Shown in pieces: positions 50,571 to 60,286 of a stretch of 64,000 nucleotides of DNA (positions within the stretch are counted from its first letter, which is position 1; every line of letters begins with the position of its first letter). The stretch comes from Porticoccaceae bacterium (GTDB taxonomy: Bacteria; Pseudomonadota; Gammaproteobacteria; Pseudomonadales; Porticoccaceae), in assembly GCA_002731695.1 (NCBI GenBank), contig PCCK01000107.1:7-64006 (forward strand), in the 5' to 3' direction. Both the position numbers and the translations under genes were made by a program. The notes beneath the pieces are model-generated. The model had not been told where the DNA came from, searched no databases, and worked only from the letters and a program-made list of their open reading frames with translations.

Positions 50571-51620
50571 TTATAAACTCTCAAAGTAGATTTTAGCTTC
50601 CACTGTATCGCTTCTTTCGACATGTCCAATCAAAAATGGTTCCTCACCCAATTTTTTCAGCACTGCAAGTGCTTGATCGATATCTCGGGGAGATAAACAA
50701 ACTACCATGCCAATTCCGCAATTGAATGTGCGATACATCTCCCGAGTATCAAGATTCCCCTCCTGTTTTATCCATTTAAAAACTCGAGGTATTTCCCATG
50801 AGGAAGGATTTATTTTCGCTTTAGTATTAGGTGGGAGAAACCTCGGTATATTCTCGAGGAGCCCTCCTCCGGTAATGTGAGCGAGGCCATGAACTGGCAC
50901 CACTTTTAGAAGCTCTAGCAAAGGTTTTACGTAAATTTTAGTCGGAGCCATCAATAAATCGATGAGAGGTTTTTTATTAATCCATTCATTTTCAATTTCC
51001 GTTTCACGTTCATCAAGTACTTTCCGAATTAATGAAAAACCATTAGAGTGTGGGCCGCTTGAGGGCAGCGCTAAGAGGGAATCACCTGCACTTACTTTGC
51101 TTCCATCGATTATTTTTCCCTTCTCGACAACTCCAACGCAAAACCCCGCGAGATCATAATCCGTTTCCGAATACATACCAGGCATTTCTGCTGTTTCTCC
51201 TCCGATTAGCGCGCAGCCTGAAAGCTCACAACCATTTGCGATGCTCTTGATAACTGACGTTGCAGTTTGGACATTTAACTTTCCTGTTGCGTAGTAATCC
51301 AAAAAAAATAGAGGTTCGGCCCCGGAGCAGATAACATCGTTAACACACATTGCTACTAGGTCTATGCCAACGTTTTGGTGCTTATCGTGTTTTATTGCAA
51401 GTTTTAATTTTGTACCCACGCCATCTGTACTGGATACAAGAACAGGCTGATGGTATGAGGTTGGCATTTCGAATAGCCCTCCAAAACCACCCAGCCCCGA
51501 TATTACTCCGGATCTCGTCGTTCGTTTTACCGAATCTTTAATTTCTTCTATAAGTTCCGCGCCCGCATTAATATCGACTCCGGAACTTTTGTAACTTAGG
51601 GGTTGATTCTTAGGTTTCAT
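50571..51620 (-). CDS. purM: Phosphoribosylformylglycinamidine cyclo-ligase
   Basis: [36 protein letters not shown]. Confidence 0.98.
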   Translation of the reverse strand: MKPKNQPLSYKSSGVDINAGAELIEEIKDSVKRTTRSGVISGLGGFGGLFEMPTSYHQPVLVSSTDGVGTKLKLAIKHDKHQNVGIDLVAMCVNDVICSGAEPLFFLDYYATGKLNVQTATSVIKSIANGCELSGCALIGGETAEMPGMYSETDYDLAGFCVGVVEKGKIIDGSKVSAGDSLLALPSSGPHSNGFSLIRKVLDERETEIENEWINKKPLIDLLMAPTKIYVKPLLELLKVVPVHGLAHITGGGLLENIPRFLPPNTKAKINPSSWEIPRVFKWIKQEGNLDTREMYRTFNCGIGMVVCLSPRDIDQALAVLKKLGEEPFLIGHVERSDTVEAKIYFESL

Positions 51621-51704
51621 ATATGGGCACAGTGTTTAGAATTTTCTATTTTAAGGCTAATAACCAAATTTTTCATCAATCTCTGTTATATTCACGTTAT
51701 CAAT

Positions 51705-52781
51705 ATGGAGATTATTTTGAAAGCCCACGCATATTTAGTTTTATCTCTGACAATGTTCTTGAATTCATTAAGTATGGGAGAGCAGGTGAATGATCTTTAC
51801 AGTACAGAAGTTTTAATTCCTAATCAAAGTCGTCTTGCGAAGGAGCAAGGGTTAAGAGATGCTTTACGTGAGGTTGTGGTTAAACTAACGGGTGATAGTA
51901 AGTTGGCTGCAGCAAATGAACTTGTCGAGGCACTCAACAATCTTGACGACTATATTGAAGTATGGGGTTACGCGGATGCGCCTGATACAACTCTGACTAA
52001 TCCAGAAAAAACCGGTCTAAAAGTGAGTTTCTCTCCTACGGTTTTGGAGCGATTTTTGCGTGCCCAAAAATTTCCGCTCTTGCCGTCGAATCGACCTTCG
52101 ATATTGGTTTGGATTTTGGGTGACGATCCGGAACTTGGACGTCAATTTATTAATATAAATACTCAACCTGACATCTTAAATTTAGTGAAAAACAAGCTAG
52201 ATCAACGAGGTATTCCAGTTATATTTCCAAATTATGATCTTGAAGACGCATTTTCCCTCCCTCTCCAAAATGCATGGCGGCTGGATGCTGAAATTATCGC
52301 CGAAGCATCCCATAGATATGAAAGTGACGTGTGGTTAATCCTGCGTTTTTATAAAACATCCTCGGGTGAAATTCGTGGAGCATGGCTTTATCAAGTAGCA
52401 GATGTTAGGAAACTGGGTGATTATCATTCCGATTCTATTACAAATTTTTTGGAACTTTCAATTGACAAAATCATTGATGAAGTGGCTGATCATTACGTTT
52501 TTATTCCTCAGGCAGCACAAAATCAGGTATCGTTGACGATTGATGGTATTAACTCGTATTTCCAATATAGGGAGTTAATCAGTAATCTTGAGCGGCTCGA
52601 GTTGGTTAAAAATATTCAAACTTCGGAGATACATGGGTCGAGAATTGAAATTGCTGTTGACGTCGAGGATGACATTTACAGACTGTACAAGTCGTTAATA
52701 AGAAGTGGCAGGTTTCTTTCAGTTGTCACCGAACAATCGTTTGATTCAGGTGAGATAGCACTCCGCTGGGTAAAAAGATGA
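51705..52781 (+). CDS. DUF2066-like periplasmic protein
   Basis: Signal peptide, V.VK.TG, RP..LVW, RG.P..FP..DL.D; position between purM and hda. Confidence 0.75.
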   Translation: MEIILKAHAYLVLSLTMFLNSLSMGEQVNDLYSTEVLIPNQSRLAKEQGLRDALREVVVKLTGDSKLAAANELVEALNNLDDYIEVWGYADAPDTTLTNPEKTGLKVSFSPTVLERFLRAQKFPLLPSNRPSILVWILGDDPELGRQFININTQPDILNLVKNKLDQRGIPVIFPNYDLEDAFSLPLQNAWRLDAEIIAEASHRYESDVWLILRFYKTSSGEIRGAWLYQVADVRKLGDYHSDSITNFLELSIDKIIDEVADHYVFIPQAAQNQVSLTIDGINSYFQYRELISNLERLELVKNIQTSEIHGSRIEIAVDVEDDIYRLYKSLIRSGRFLSVVTEQSFDSGEIALRWVKR

Positions 52782-53455
52782 ATCAGCTCAGCTTGGCCAT
52801 TGCGCTGGACAACGAAGCAACTTTTGAAAATTTTTATGCGCCGAGTGGAACGCTTCAGCATACTGCAATGCAATGCTTGTCAAAACGATATGAGCCATAT
52901 GTTTTTTTGTCAGGTAATTCGGGGACTGGATTGTCTCATTTATTGCAAGCCACTTGTAAGTTAGAAAGAGATTCAATCTACATAAATTTAGGACTATTGT
53001 ATGGAAATTCTGCAGATAGAATCTTAGAGGGCCTAGAGCAAAGGTCTCTCGTGTGCTTGGATGATATCCATTTTATTTTACTAGATAAGTTCTGGCAGAA
53101 AGCTATCTTCAACCTTTTTAATCGCTGCTCTGAAAACGGAACTCGCTTGGTCCTAGCATCTCATGAACGACTGAACCTAATAAATATTCGTTTTCCTGAT
53201 TTATTTACTCGGTTGAAGTCGGGGGTGGTGTTGCATTTCGAGGATTATAAAGATGACGACCTTCTGAACTTAATAAAATATAGAGCGACACGCATGGGAC
53301 TAAATTTCACACATGACTTGGCTGTTTACATGTTAAATCGCACAAAACGAAGTGCGGGTGGTGTGGTTGCTGCTTTAAAGAAAATTGATTTTAAGGCTCT
53401 GACGGAAAAGCGGCCGATCACGACTCCCCTCATCAAATCGGCATTAGATCTATGA
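52778..53455 (+). CDS. hda: DnaA regulatory inactivator Hda
   Basis: Clamp-binding QLSL, ATFENF, G.SHLLQA, LFN, PDL..RL, R.IT.P. Confidence 0.93.
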   Translation: MNQLSLAIALDNEATFENFYAPSGTLQHTAMQCLSKRYEPYVFLSGNSGTGLSHLLQATCKLERDSIYINLGLLYGNSADRILEGLEQRSLVCLDDIHFILLDKFWQKAIFNLFNRCSENGTRLVLASHERLNLINIRFPDLFTRLKSGVVLHFEDYKDDDLLNLIKYRATRMGLNFTHDLAVYMLNRTKRSAGGVVAALKKIDFKALTEKRPITTPLIKSALDL

Positions 53456-53472
53456 ACATTTAAGAAACTCGT

Positions 53473-55323
53473 TCAAATTGGGCAGCTATCACAATAAAGG
53501 TAGAGCCCTCGCGGATCATCTAGAGCAGAATCCCTCCGTATGTGACCAATAGTTTGGTCCAATGGGGAAAACAATATTGGATAAGTAAGGACTTTATAAA
53601 ACGACAGAGCTTTTAATGACTCCGAAATATATGCATTGAAGTTTCTGACGACTTGCTGCAGTAAGGTTGTAGGCGGTTCTTTAAATTCTACCTCATACTG
53701 ATCTAATTTTGCTAGCTTAGCAGCAATTCGCATAGCGTCCTTAAGATCTCCCAACTCATCAACTAGCCCGTATTCTAAAGCATCTTCTCCGGTCCAGACT
53801 TTTCCTTGGGCAATGTTTAGAACATGGGCTGACTCAAGGTTGCGACCACTTGAGACCAAATTTATGAATTTGGTATAAATGTTATCCACACTCAATTGAT
53901 AAAGCGCTTTTGCTTGTGAAGTCATTGGTAGATCGAGTTGCATAATGGATGACATTGGCGATGTATCAGGACCATCCGACCGTATGCCCAGAGTGTTGAG
54001 GCTGCGCGAAAAATTAGGAATAACGCTATACACGCCGATAGATCCCGTGAGCGTTGTTGGCATGGCCAAGATTCTATCCGCCTCTGCAGCTATCCAATAG
54101 CCCCCTGACGCAGCATAACTCCCCATTGAAATCACAACCGGTATCTCTTTTGCTTTCACCGACGCAATTGCATCGCGTATTACCTCTGAGGCAAACACTC
54201 CGCCGCCGGGACTGTCGACACGGAGAACTAACGCAGATAAATTGGGATCATCGCTTGACTGAGTTATCGCCGTTGCCAATGAATCGCCGCCAATTGTGCC
54301 CGGCGGCTGATGGCCATCTAGGATCGTTCCAACAGCCGTTATGACTATTATTTTCTGTTTGGAATTTGATAGCTTTCCAGACTTCTCTGAGTCAATCTTA
54401 TTAAGATAATCGGTGAAGGGTATACTCTTCGCCTCGCCTTCAGAATTGGTGAGTAAATCCTCTAGATATTTTTTAGACTCAGTTCGGGATGATAATTTGT
54501 CAATAAGGCCTTTAGATTTGGCTAATCGTGCCGCATCACCGTTATGAGAACGTAAATGGATGTCCAATCGATTTGCGTAGTCTGATATGGTCCCCTCCGG
54601 CAATTTCCTTAAGTCCTCTATTTTTTTACAATAAAAGCGCCACAAAGAATCAATGATTTTTTGGCTCTGACCTCGAGTTTCTGGAGACATTGTGTTGGAT
54701 GTCAATGGCTCGGTAGCACTCTTGTATGTTCCAACTCGGAATACATGAACATCTATTTCTAATTTATCCAAAGCGTCTCGGAAATAATTTCTATATGCCC
54801 CATATCCGTATAACTGAACCGATCCAAGTGAGTTAAGAAAAATACTGTCTGCATGAGCCGCGAGAAAATACTGTTGTTGCGAGTAATTATCGGCGAATGA
54901 AATAATCGGCTTTTTAGTCGCTTTGAAGCGTAAGAGCGCATTTCCAATTTCCGCTAGTTTGCTTATTCCACCACTCTCTAAACTATCTAACTCAAGTATC
55001 AGATGACTAATCCGAATGTCATTTGCCGCAACGTCTATCGCTCTTATAACGTCTCTTGTGAGAGTTTCTTGACGCCGTAAAGTTCTTTGATCGAATATTT
55101 CTCCAATAGAATCGATGGTTTGCTTTTGATCCACAAGACGGCCTTCCAACGCAACAACTAGTGCGCCCTGATTAGGTATATTTCCTCCCTGATTTGAAAA
55201 TACAGAAATACCAACTACAGTAACGACTGTTAAAATTACCAATCCAAATAGTGCCCGAGCAAAGGTGACAATACCATTAAAGAAATTAAGAATCTTCCTA
55301 AATACTGTTGTTTTCACTGTCAT
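53473..55323 (-). CDS. sppA: Signal peptide peptidase SppA (67K type)
   Basis: GTYKSA, LRVDSPGG, AASGGYW, TGSIGV, GKVWTG. Confidence 0.96.
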   Translation of the reverse strand: MTVKTTVFRKILNFFNGIVTFARALFGLVILTVVTVVGISVFSNQGGNIPNQGALVVALEGRLVDQKQTIDSIGEIFDQRTLRRQETLTRDVIRAIDVAANDIRISHLILELDSLESGGISKLAEIGNALLRFKATKKPIISFADNYSQQQYFLAAHADSIFLNSLGSVQLYGYGAYRNYFRDALDKLEIDVHVFRVGTYKSATEPLTSNTMSPETRGQSQKIIDSLWRFYCKKIEDLRKLPEGTISDYANRLDIHLRSHNGDAARLAKSKGLIDKLSSRTESKKYLEDLLTNSEGEAKSIPFTDYLNKIDSEKSGKLSNSKQKIIVITAVGTILDGHQPPGTIGGDSLATAITQSSDDPNLSALVLRVDSPGGGVFASEVIRDAIASVKAKEIPVVISMGSYAASGGYWIAAEADRILAMPTTLTGSIGVYSVIPNFSRSLNTLGIRSDGPDTSPMSSIMQLDLPMTSQAKALYQLSVDNIYTKFINLVSSGRNLESAHVLNIAQGKVWTGEDALEYGLVDELGDLKDAMRIAAKLAKLDQYEVEFKEPPTTLLQQVVRNFNAYISESLKALSFYKVLTYPILFSPLDQTIGHIRRDSALDDPRGLYLYCDSCPI

Positions 55324-55681
55324 GTTCCTCTCCGTTTAAAGATTCCATTTTTTGGGTACACCTCGCATGCGTCATTGCAGAAACGAATAAAAGCATGGTC
55401 AGCCCTAGCTCTGCCAAATCAAGGGGATGAGTATTAATTCCAAAAACTTTATCTGTTGCAATGCAAAAATAAAGTAAGGTAACAAAGCACAGCCATATTA
55501 ATGTCCTAGTATTTCCACGCAAAAGTCCTCGGGCAAAAATTATTAAGGGCAGGGAAAGTAGGCCAAAAACCCATGGCAATTCCTGTACAAACGTACTAAT
55601 GGGGATAATTAAAATTAAGGCAGCATAGCACCAGCGTGCGGTATGCAGCGATGAAGCAGTAACTCTACTATTTTTCATCAA
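55298..55681 (-). CDS. DUF2069-like membrane protein
   Basis: Four hydrophobic helices, W.CFV.LLYF; downstream of wrbA. Confidence 0.75.
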   Translation of the reverse strand: MMKNSRVTASSLHTARWCYAALILIIPISTFVQELPWVFGLLSLPLIIFARGLLRGNTRTLIWLCFVTLLYFCIATDKVFGINTHPLDLAELGLTMLLFVSAMTHARCTQKMESLNGEEHDSENNSI

Positions 55682-55687
55682 CTGACA

Positions 55688-56269
55688 TCACAGCAGCTTT
55701 CTTGTCAAACGAGCAATGTTCTTACCTTGAGTCCGGCAGATTTGTCGTTCTTCTGGCGACAGTTCGTCCGATTCAATGTGCGACGATCCATAAGGCGTCC
55801 CGCCACGCTTTGTTTTGTTTAGCGCAGCTTCCGAATAAGGAACACCCGTTAAAATCATACCATGATGAAGAAGAGGAATCATCATAGACAGCAGTGTAGA
55901 TTCCTGACCACCATGGAAACTCGAAGATGCAGTAAAAACGCCAGCTGGTTTTCCAATCAAGCTCCCGCTTAACCATATATTAGCTGTAGAATCGAGAAAA
56001 AGTTTTAATTCTGCGGCCATATTCCCGAACCGTGTGGGACTTCCAATTAGAAGTCCTGAACATCCTATGAGGTCTGATTCCTTACAGTAAATCGGACTAT
56101 CCGGAGGCGCTGTCTCAGATACAAACTCACCATTTTTGCTAATCGTAGGAACGGTACGCAAGCGAGCCTCCATCATTTCAGATTCGACTCCCAACCTAAG
56201 CTGCTCTGCAAGTTTCTCAACGTGACCAAACCGGCTAAAGTATAGAATCAGTATATAAGGTTGTTTCAT
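55688..56269 (-). CDS. wrbA: NAD(P)H:quinone oxidoreductase WrbA
   Basis: RLRTVP, GSPTRFGNMA, HGGQESTL, GGTPYG. Confidence 0.95.
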   Translation of the reverse strand: MKQPYILILYFSRFGHVEKLAEQLRLGVESEMMEARLRTVPTISKNGEFVSETAPPDSPIYCKESDLIGCSGLLIGSPTRFGNMAAELKLFLDSTANIWLSGSLIGKPAGVFTASSSFHGGQESTLLSMMIPLLHHGMILTGVPYSEAALNKTKRGGTPYGSSHIESDELSPEERQICRTQGKNIARLTRKLL

Positions 56270-56443
56270 ATCTGTAGACTCACCTCATTTTCATCTGGGG
56301 GATTTGATATTGGGTGTTTTGAACAAGCAATGAGCATACAAAGGGCGTCCTAATGAGAATATGATTAGTATACGATGCTAGAGTTACCGATGGAGCTATA
56401 TGAGTAAACTTATTAATGGTACGTTAAGCGGAAGAACATTATA

Positions 56444-56887
56444 GTGAAATTAAGAGCGATTTTTTGTATTTTGATTTTAATCGGCTGCGAGAGACATCAA
56501 CCGTACCCCTTGCGCAGTGGTGAAGTAGTAGACTTTGACAATCTGCAAGGCAGATGGGTCCTTATTAATTATTGGGCCGTTTGGTGTGCTCCTTGTCGAA
56601 AAGAAATTCCTGACCTGAATCAGTATGCTAGAAATAATAGTAACAAGGTTTTTGTTTATGGTGTTAATTACGATGGTGTGCAAGGGGAAACACTAGATCA
56701 ACAGGTAAAAAGCCTGAATATCGAGTTTGATACTCTTATTCTTGATCCAAGAGCTCGTTGGGAACTTGAAAAAAGTGATATCCTGCCGGAGACATTGATA
56801 ATTAGTGAAAATGGAGAGTTGCGCCATCGACTTATTGGTCCTCAGACGACTGAGAGCCTCCGAGAGTTGGTACCTGGCACATTATGA
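56444..56887 (+). CDS. TlpA-family thiol-disulfide oxidoreductase lipoprotein
   Basis: Lipobox LIGC, INYWAVWCAPC..EIP, LP.T. Confidence 0.92.
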   Translation: MKLRAIFCILILIGCERHQPYPLRSGEVVDFDNLQGRWVLINYWAVWCAPCRKEIPDLNQYARNNSNKVFVYGVNYDGVQGETLDQQVKSLNIEFDTLILDPRARWELEKSDILPETLIISENGELRHRLIGPQTTESLRELVPGTL

Positions 56888-56920
56888 GCTATGAATACTT
56901 TTGACTGGAGTTATTAACCG

Positions 56921-57694
56921 ATGGCTGTACTTTTAACGGAGATTGTGACTGATGTTCATCACTGGAATAACACTCTGTTCAGCTTTAAGACCACAAGGGA
57001 AAGAAGCTTTCGTTTTAGAAACGGCCACTTCACTATGATTGGTCTTCCATCAGACGGAAAACCTTTGTTGCGGGCTTACAGCTTTGCCAGCGCGAATCAC
57101 GATCCGGAACTAGAATTTTTTAGTATAAAAGTTCCGGATGGGCCACTTACCGCGAAGTTGCAGCTACTTAAAGTTGGAGATGAGGTGCTTGTTGGAAAGA
57201 AGTCCAACGGCACACTAGTCACCGATAATATGCTGCCGGGTAAGACACTTTATTTAATAAGTACAGGTACGGGTCTGGCACCCTTTTTAAGTATTATCAA
57301 GGACCCAGAGATCTACGATCAATTTGAAAGGATCGTACTTATTCATGGCGTGAGGTTTTTGTCAGAGCTAGCTTATTCAAATTACCTAGAAGACGAACTT
57401 CCAAGAGACGAGTTTATGGGGGATATCGTAAAAGACAAGTTAATATATTATCCCTCGGTTACAAGAGAACCCTTCCGCAATCAAGGGCGGGTTACAGATC
57501 TAGTGAGGTCGGGCAAACTTTTCATAGACTTGAAACTTTCTTTCCCAACATTGTTAGATGATAGGTTTATGATTTGTGGGGGGCCCAGCATGTTGAAGGA
57601 ATTTTGTTCTATTTTAGAATCTAAAGGCTTTGTAGAAGCAAGGAATGGACGGCTAGGCCACTTCGTCATTGAGCGTGCATTTATCGAATCTTGA
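56921..57694 (+). CDS. fpr: Ferredoxin/flavodoxin--NADP+ reductase
   Basis: RAYS, SIKVPDGPLT, TGTGLAPF, CG.P.ML, IERAF. Confidence 0.96.
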   Translation: MAVLLTEIVTDVHHWNNTLFSFKTTRERSFRFRNGHFTMIGLPSDGKPLLRAYSFASANHDPELEFFSIKVPDGPLTAKLQLLKVGDEVLVGKKSNGTLVTDNMLPGKTLYLISTGTGLAPFLSIIKDPEIYDQFERIVLIHGVRFLSELAYSNYLEDELPRDEFMGDIVKDKLIYYPSVTREPFRNQGRVTDLVRSGKLFIDLKLSFPTLLDDRFMICGGPSMLKEFCSILESKGFVEARNGRLGHFVIERAFIES

Positions 57695-57710
57695 ATGTGT
57701 TTCTTTGAAA

Positions 57711-58169
57711 CTACGGTTTAAAAACTTCGATTGCGCCGGGGCTACGAAGCATTTTGTTAACCTCATCTAAATGGAGTGTTTCTTCAGTAATCATTTCTCT
57801 TGCATACTCCTCTAAAAGGACAGAGCTCGTGGCTTCAGCAAATTTTAGGAGCTTATAGTACATTTGTAAAACGCCTCTCTCATGCTCCAAACTCTCACGA
57901 AGAATGTCACCAATATCGTGACGCTCGGTCTCGAGCAGCGCTCCAATTTTTAGGGATGGATGACCACCCATCAATGTCACTAGTTCGCCTGCTCTGTGCG
58001 CGTGCATTAATCCCTCATTGGCGTTGGCTTTCATCCAATCAACAATTGGTATCCGGTTATATCCATAAACCATCAAGGCATAATGAGAGTATCTCACGAC
58101 TCCCGCTAACTCCGCTTCCATGATTTCGTTGAGTATGTCAATAGCGGGTTGATTGTCTATCTCTTCCAC
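57711..58169 (-). CDS. Ferritin-like (bacterioferritin-related) di-iron protein
   Basis: ELAGVVRY, E...HA, SLEHE, EE..H four-helix-bundle pattern; lacks the DEMKH heme-Met motif of classical Bfr. Confidence 0.85.
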   Translation of the reverse strand: MEEIDNQPAIDILNEIMEAELAGVVRYSHYALMVYGYNRIPIVDWMKANANEGLMHAHRAGELVTLMGGHPSLKIGALLETERHDIGDILRESLEHERGVLQMYYKLLKFAEATSSVLLEEYAREMITEETLHLDEVNKMLRSPGAIEVFKP

Positions 58170-58276
58170 GAAGCGAGCCTCAATTGATGTAACACAAAAA
58201 CATCCAATATTCGAAATTGTATCTCTACCGTGTGTTGATGTCCAACTAGTTTGACACTGCGCAGCTTTATTTTATT

Positions 58277-59086
58277 TCAAGATTTATTGGGTAAAGCCAA
58301 ATTTTTGTTAATTGTTTGAAGACTCGATTTAAATAACTTTGGTGTGCTAGCTAAAATGTGCCCCGTTGTGAGATATTTTTCTCCTCCCTGGAAATCGCTG
58401 ACCATTCCCCCAGCCTCCCGCACAATTAGCGCACCAGCTGCGATGTCCCAAGGATTTAAATACATTTCCCAAAAGACATCTAAACGACCGGCAGCGACAT
58501 AAGCAAGATCGAGGGAGGCTACTCCCATGCGTCGAATTCCAGCTGAGTTTTTTGCAAATTCACGCATCGTTTTTAGATAGCTGCCCATGTGATCAAATGA
58601 TGGAGAATTAAAGGGAATTCCCGTTCCATAAAGAGCGCCTGAACTGGAGCGTCGACCTGATACTCGAATGCGTCGTCCGTTTAGAAATGCTCCATCACCC
58701 CGACTCGCGGTAAATTCCTCACGTTTGAACGGCTCCAAGACTACGCCATGTTCCAAATTACCTTTTGACAGACATGCAATTGAAACCGCAACATGTGGAA
58801 TTCCTCTGACAAAGTTTGTCGTACCATCAAGCGGGTCAATTATCCACTCAAATTCGCTTTTGGGGTCGCCACTTTTTCCAGTCTCTTCTCCACGGAAACT
58901 GTGGTGGGGATAAGCTTTGCTTAAATTATGAATGATGGATTGTTCGGAGATTCTATCTATGTCCGTGACAAAATCGTTACGACTTTTTTCGTCTACCCTT
59001 ACAATATCGAGGTTATCTGCAGCCTTTACAATCATCTCGCCTGCCGCTCTAGCGGCTCTGAGAGCTATGTTGCACATCGGTTGCAT
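58277..59086 (-). CDS. suhB: Inositol monophosphatase / Nus factor SuhB
   Basis: WIIDPLDGTTNF, RR.G...LDLAYVAAGR.D, WDIAAG. Confidence 0.96.
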   Translation of the reverse strand: MQPMCNIALRAARAAGEMIVKAADNLDIVRVDEKSRNDFVTDIDRISEQSIIHNLSKAYPHHSFRGEETGKSGDPKSEFEWIIDPLDGTTNFVRGIPHVAVSIACLSKGNLEHGVVLEPFKREEFTASRGDGAFLNGRRIRVSGRRSSSGALYGTGIPFNSPSFDHMGSYLKTMREFAKNSAGIRRMGVASLDLAYVAAGRLDVFWEMYLNPWDIAAGALIVREAGGMVSDFQGGEKYLTTGHILASTPKLFKSSLQTINKNLALPNKS

Positions 59087-59177
59087 ATTATGAATCCGCG
59101 CCTCACGGGCCAATTGATATGGTACCAGATCATATCAATTCTGTTAAACTCTAATTATTCAATCCTGTTAGTGATTA

Positions 59178-59963
59178 ATGTCTCTCGGAGTACCAGTGTT
59201 GCAACATGACTGCCGCCATAATATACGTATAGTTTTGGTGAATACGAGTCACCCAGGAAACATCGGAGGTGCTGCGAGAGCTATGAAGAATATGGCACTT
59301 GATCAGCTATATCTTGTCCAGCCGCGAGAATTTCCAGCTCCAAGAGCGGTTTGGAGAGCAGCTGGGGCGACAGACCTCCTTGAGAAGGCTAAGGTAGTTG
59401 ACTGTGTAGACGATGCGATAAGGGATTGCGGTTTGGTGATCGGAACGAGTGCGCGCGGGCGGAGAATTCCCTGGCCGATTATTAATCCTCGTGATTGTGG
59501 TACCACAGTCTGGAAGGAATCCATTTGTCATCCTGTTGCTTTGTTATTTGGTCGCGAAGATCGAGGACTGACAAATGACGAATTACATAAATGTCATTAT
59601 CATGTCTGCATACCTTCAAATCCGCAATACAGCTCCCTTAACCTTGCCTGCTCAGTCCAAGTAATCGCCTATGAGATTTATGTGGCATCTTTAGAAAGAA
59701 ATGATTTGACGCGCGATAAGCAGAATGCATGGGATCAGCCGATAGCGAAAAATGAGGATTTGGAAAGATTTCATACTCATTTAGAAGAGGCGATGATAGA
59801 TGTTGGTTTTTATGACCCCGACAATCCAAAGCAATTGATGACGAGGATGCGGCGCCTCTTTAATCGGGTGAGAATGGATGAGATCGAAGTAGCGGTTTTT
59901 CGTGGTCTGCTCTCGGCGGTGCAACGTAGATTAAAGAGTAATATTAAGAAGTGTGATCAGTGA
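59178..59963 (+). CDS. trmJ: tRNA (C/U32) 2'-O-methyltransferase TrmJ
   Basis: HPGNIGGAARAMKNM, FGREDRGL, YSSLNL; start may be 59196. Confidence 0.95.
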   Translation: MSLGVPVLQHDCRHNIRIVLVNTSHPGNIGGAARAMKNMALDQLYLVQPREFPAPRAVWRAAGATDLLEKAKVVDCVDDAIRDCGLVIGTSARGRRIPWPIINPRDCGTTVWKESICHPVALLFGREDRGLTNDELHKCHYHVCIPSNPQYSSLNLACSVQVIAYEIYVASLERNDLTRDKQNAWDQPIAKNEDLERFHTHLEEAMIDVGFYDPDNPKQLMTRMRRLFNRVRMDEIEVAVFRGLLSAVQRRLKSNIKKCDQ

Positions 59964-60137
59964 TACTATGGAGATGACATATGTCTTTAGGCTCTCCATC
60001 AAAAATAGACTGTTACTGACGTACATAGCCAAGCTAGATTGTTTTTATAGTCTGGATGTGGGAAAGGGGTTGTGGGAGGCATACACAGCTATTAAGCGTT
60101 AACGTGTCAAAAATTCACTCGACGGAGCAAATTTTAA

Positions 60138-60271
60138 GTGAAACCTACCGCTAGAAACTTGATACAATTTGGGGTAGAAAAAAAGATTTTAAGTAGTTGC
60201 ACGTTTCGTTACAGTTCGTGGTAAGACGTATGAAACCGAAGCTGCTTCGACTTGAACAATTAATTAAGGAA
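60138..60271 (+). pseudogene. iscR: Possible eroded iscR 5' fragment
   Basis: GTG-KPTAR start after GGAG; [20 protein letters not shown] aligns without gaps to the IscR HTH VSLADISERQGISLSYLEQL; at the iscR locus. Confidence 0.45.
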
Positions 60272-60286
60272 AAGATGGAGCGATAT

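Noticed and set aside
52913-52948. Hda Walker A with Leu in place of Lys/Arg (GTGLSH)
   Set aside because: Hda Walker A motifs are often degenerate and the other motifs are intact.
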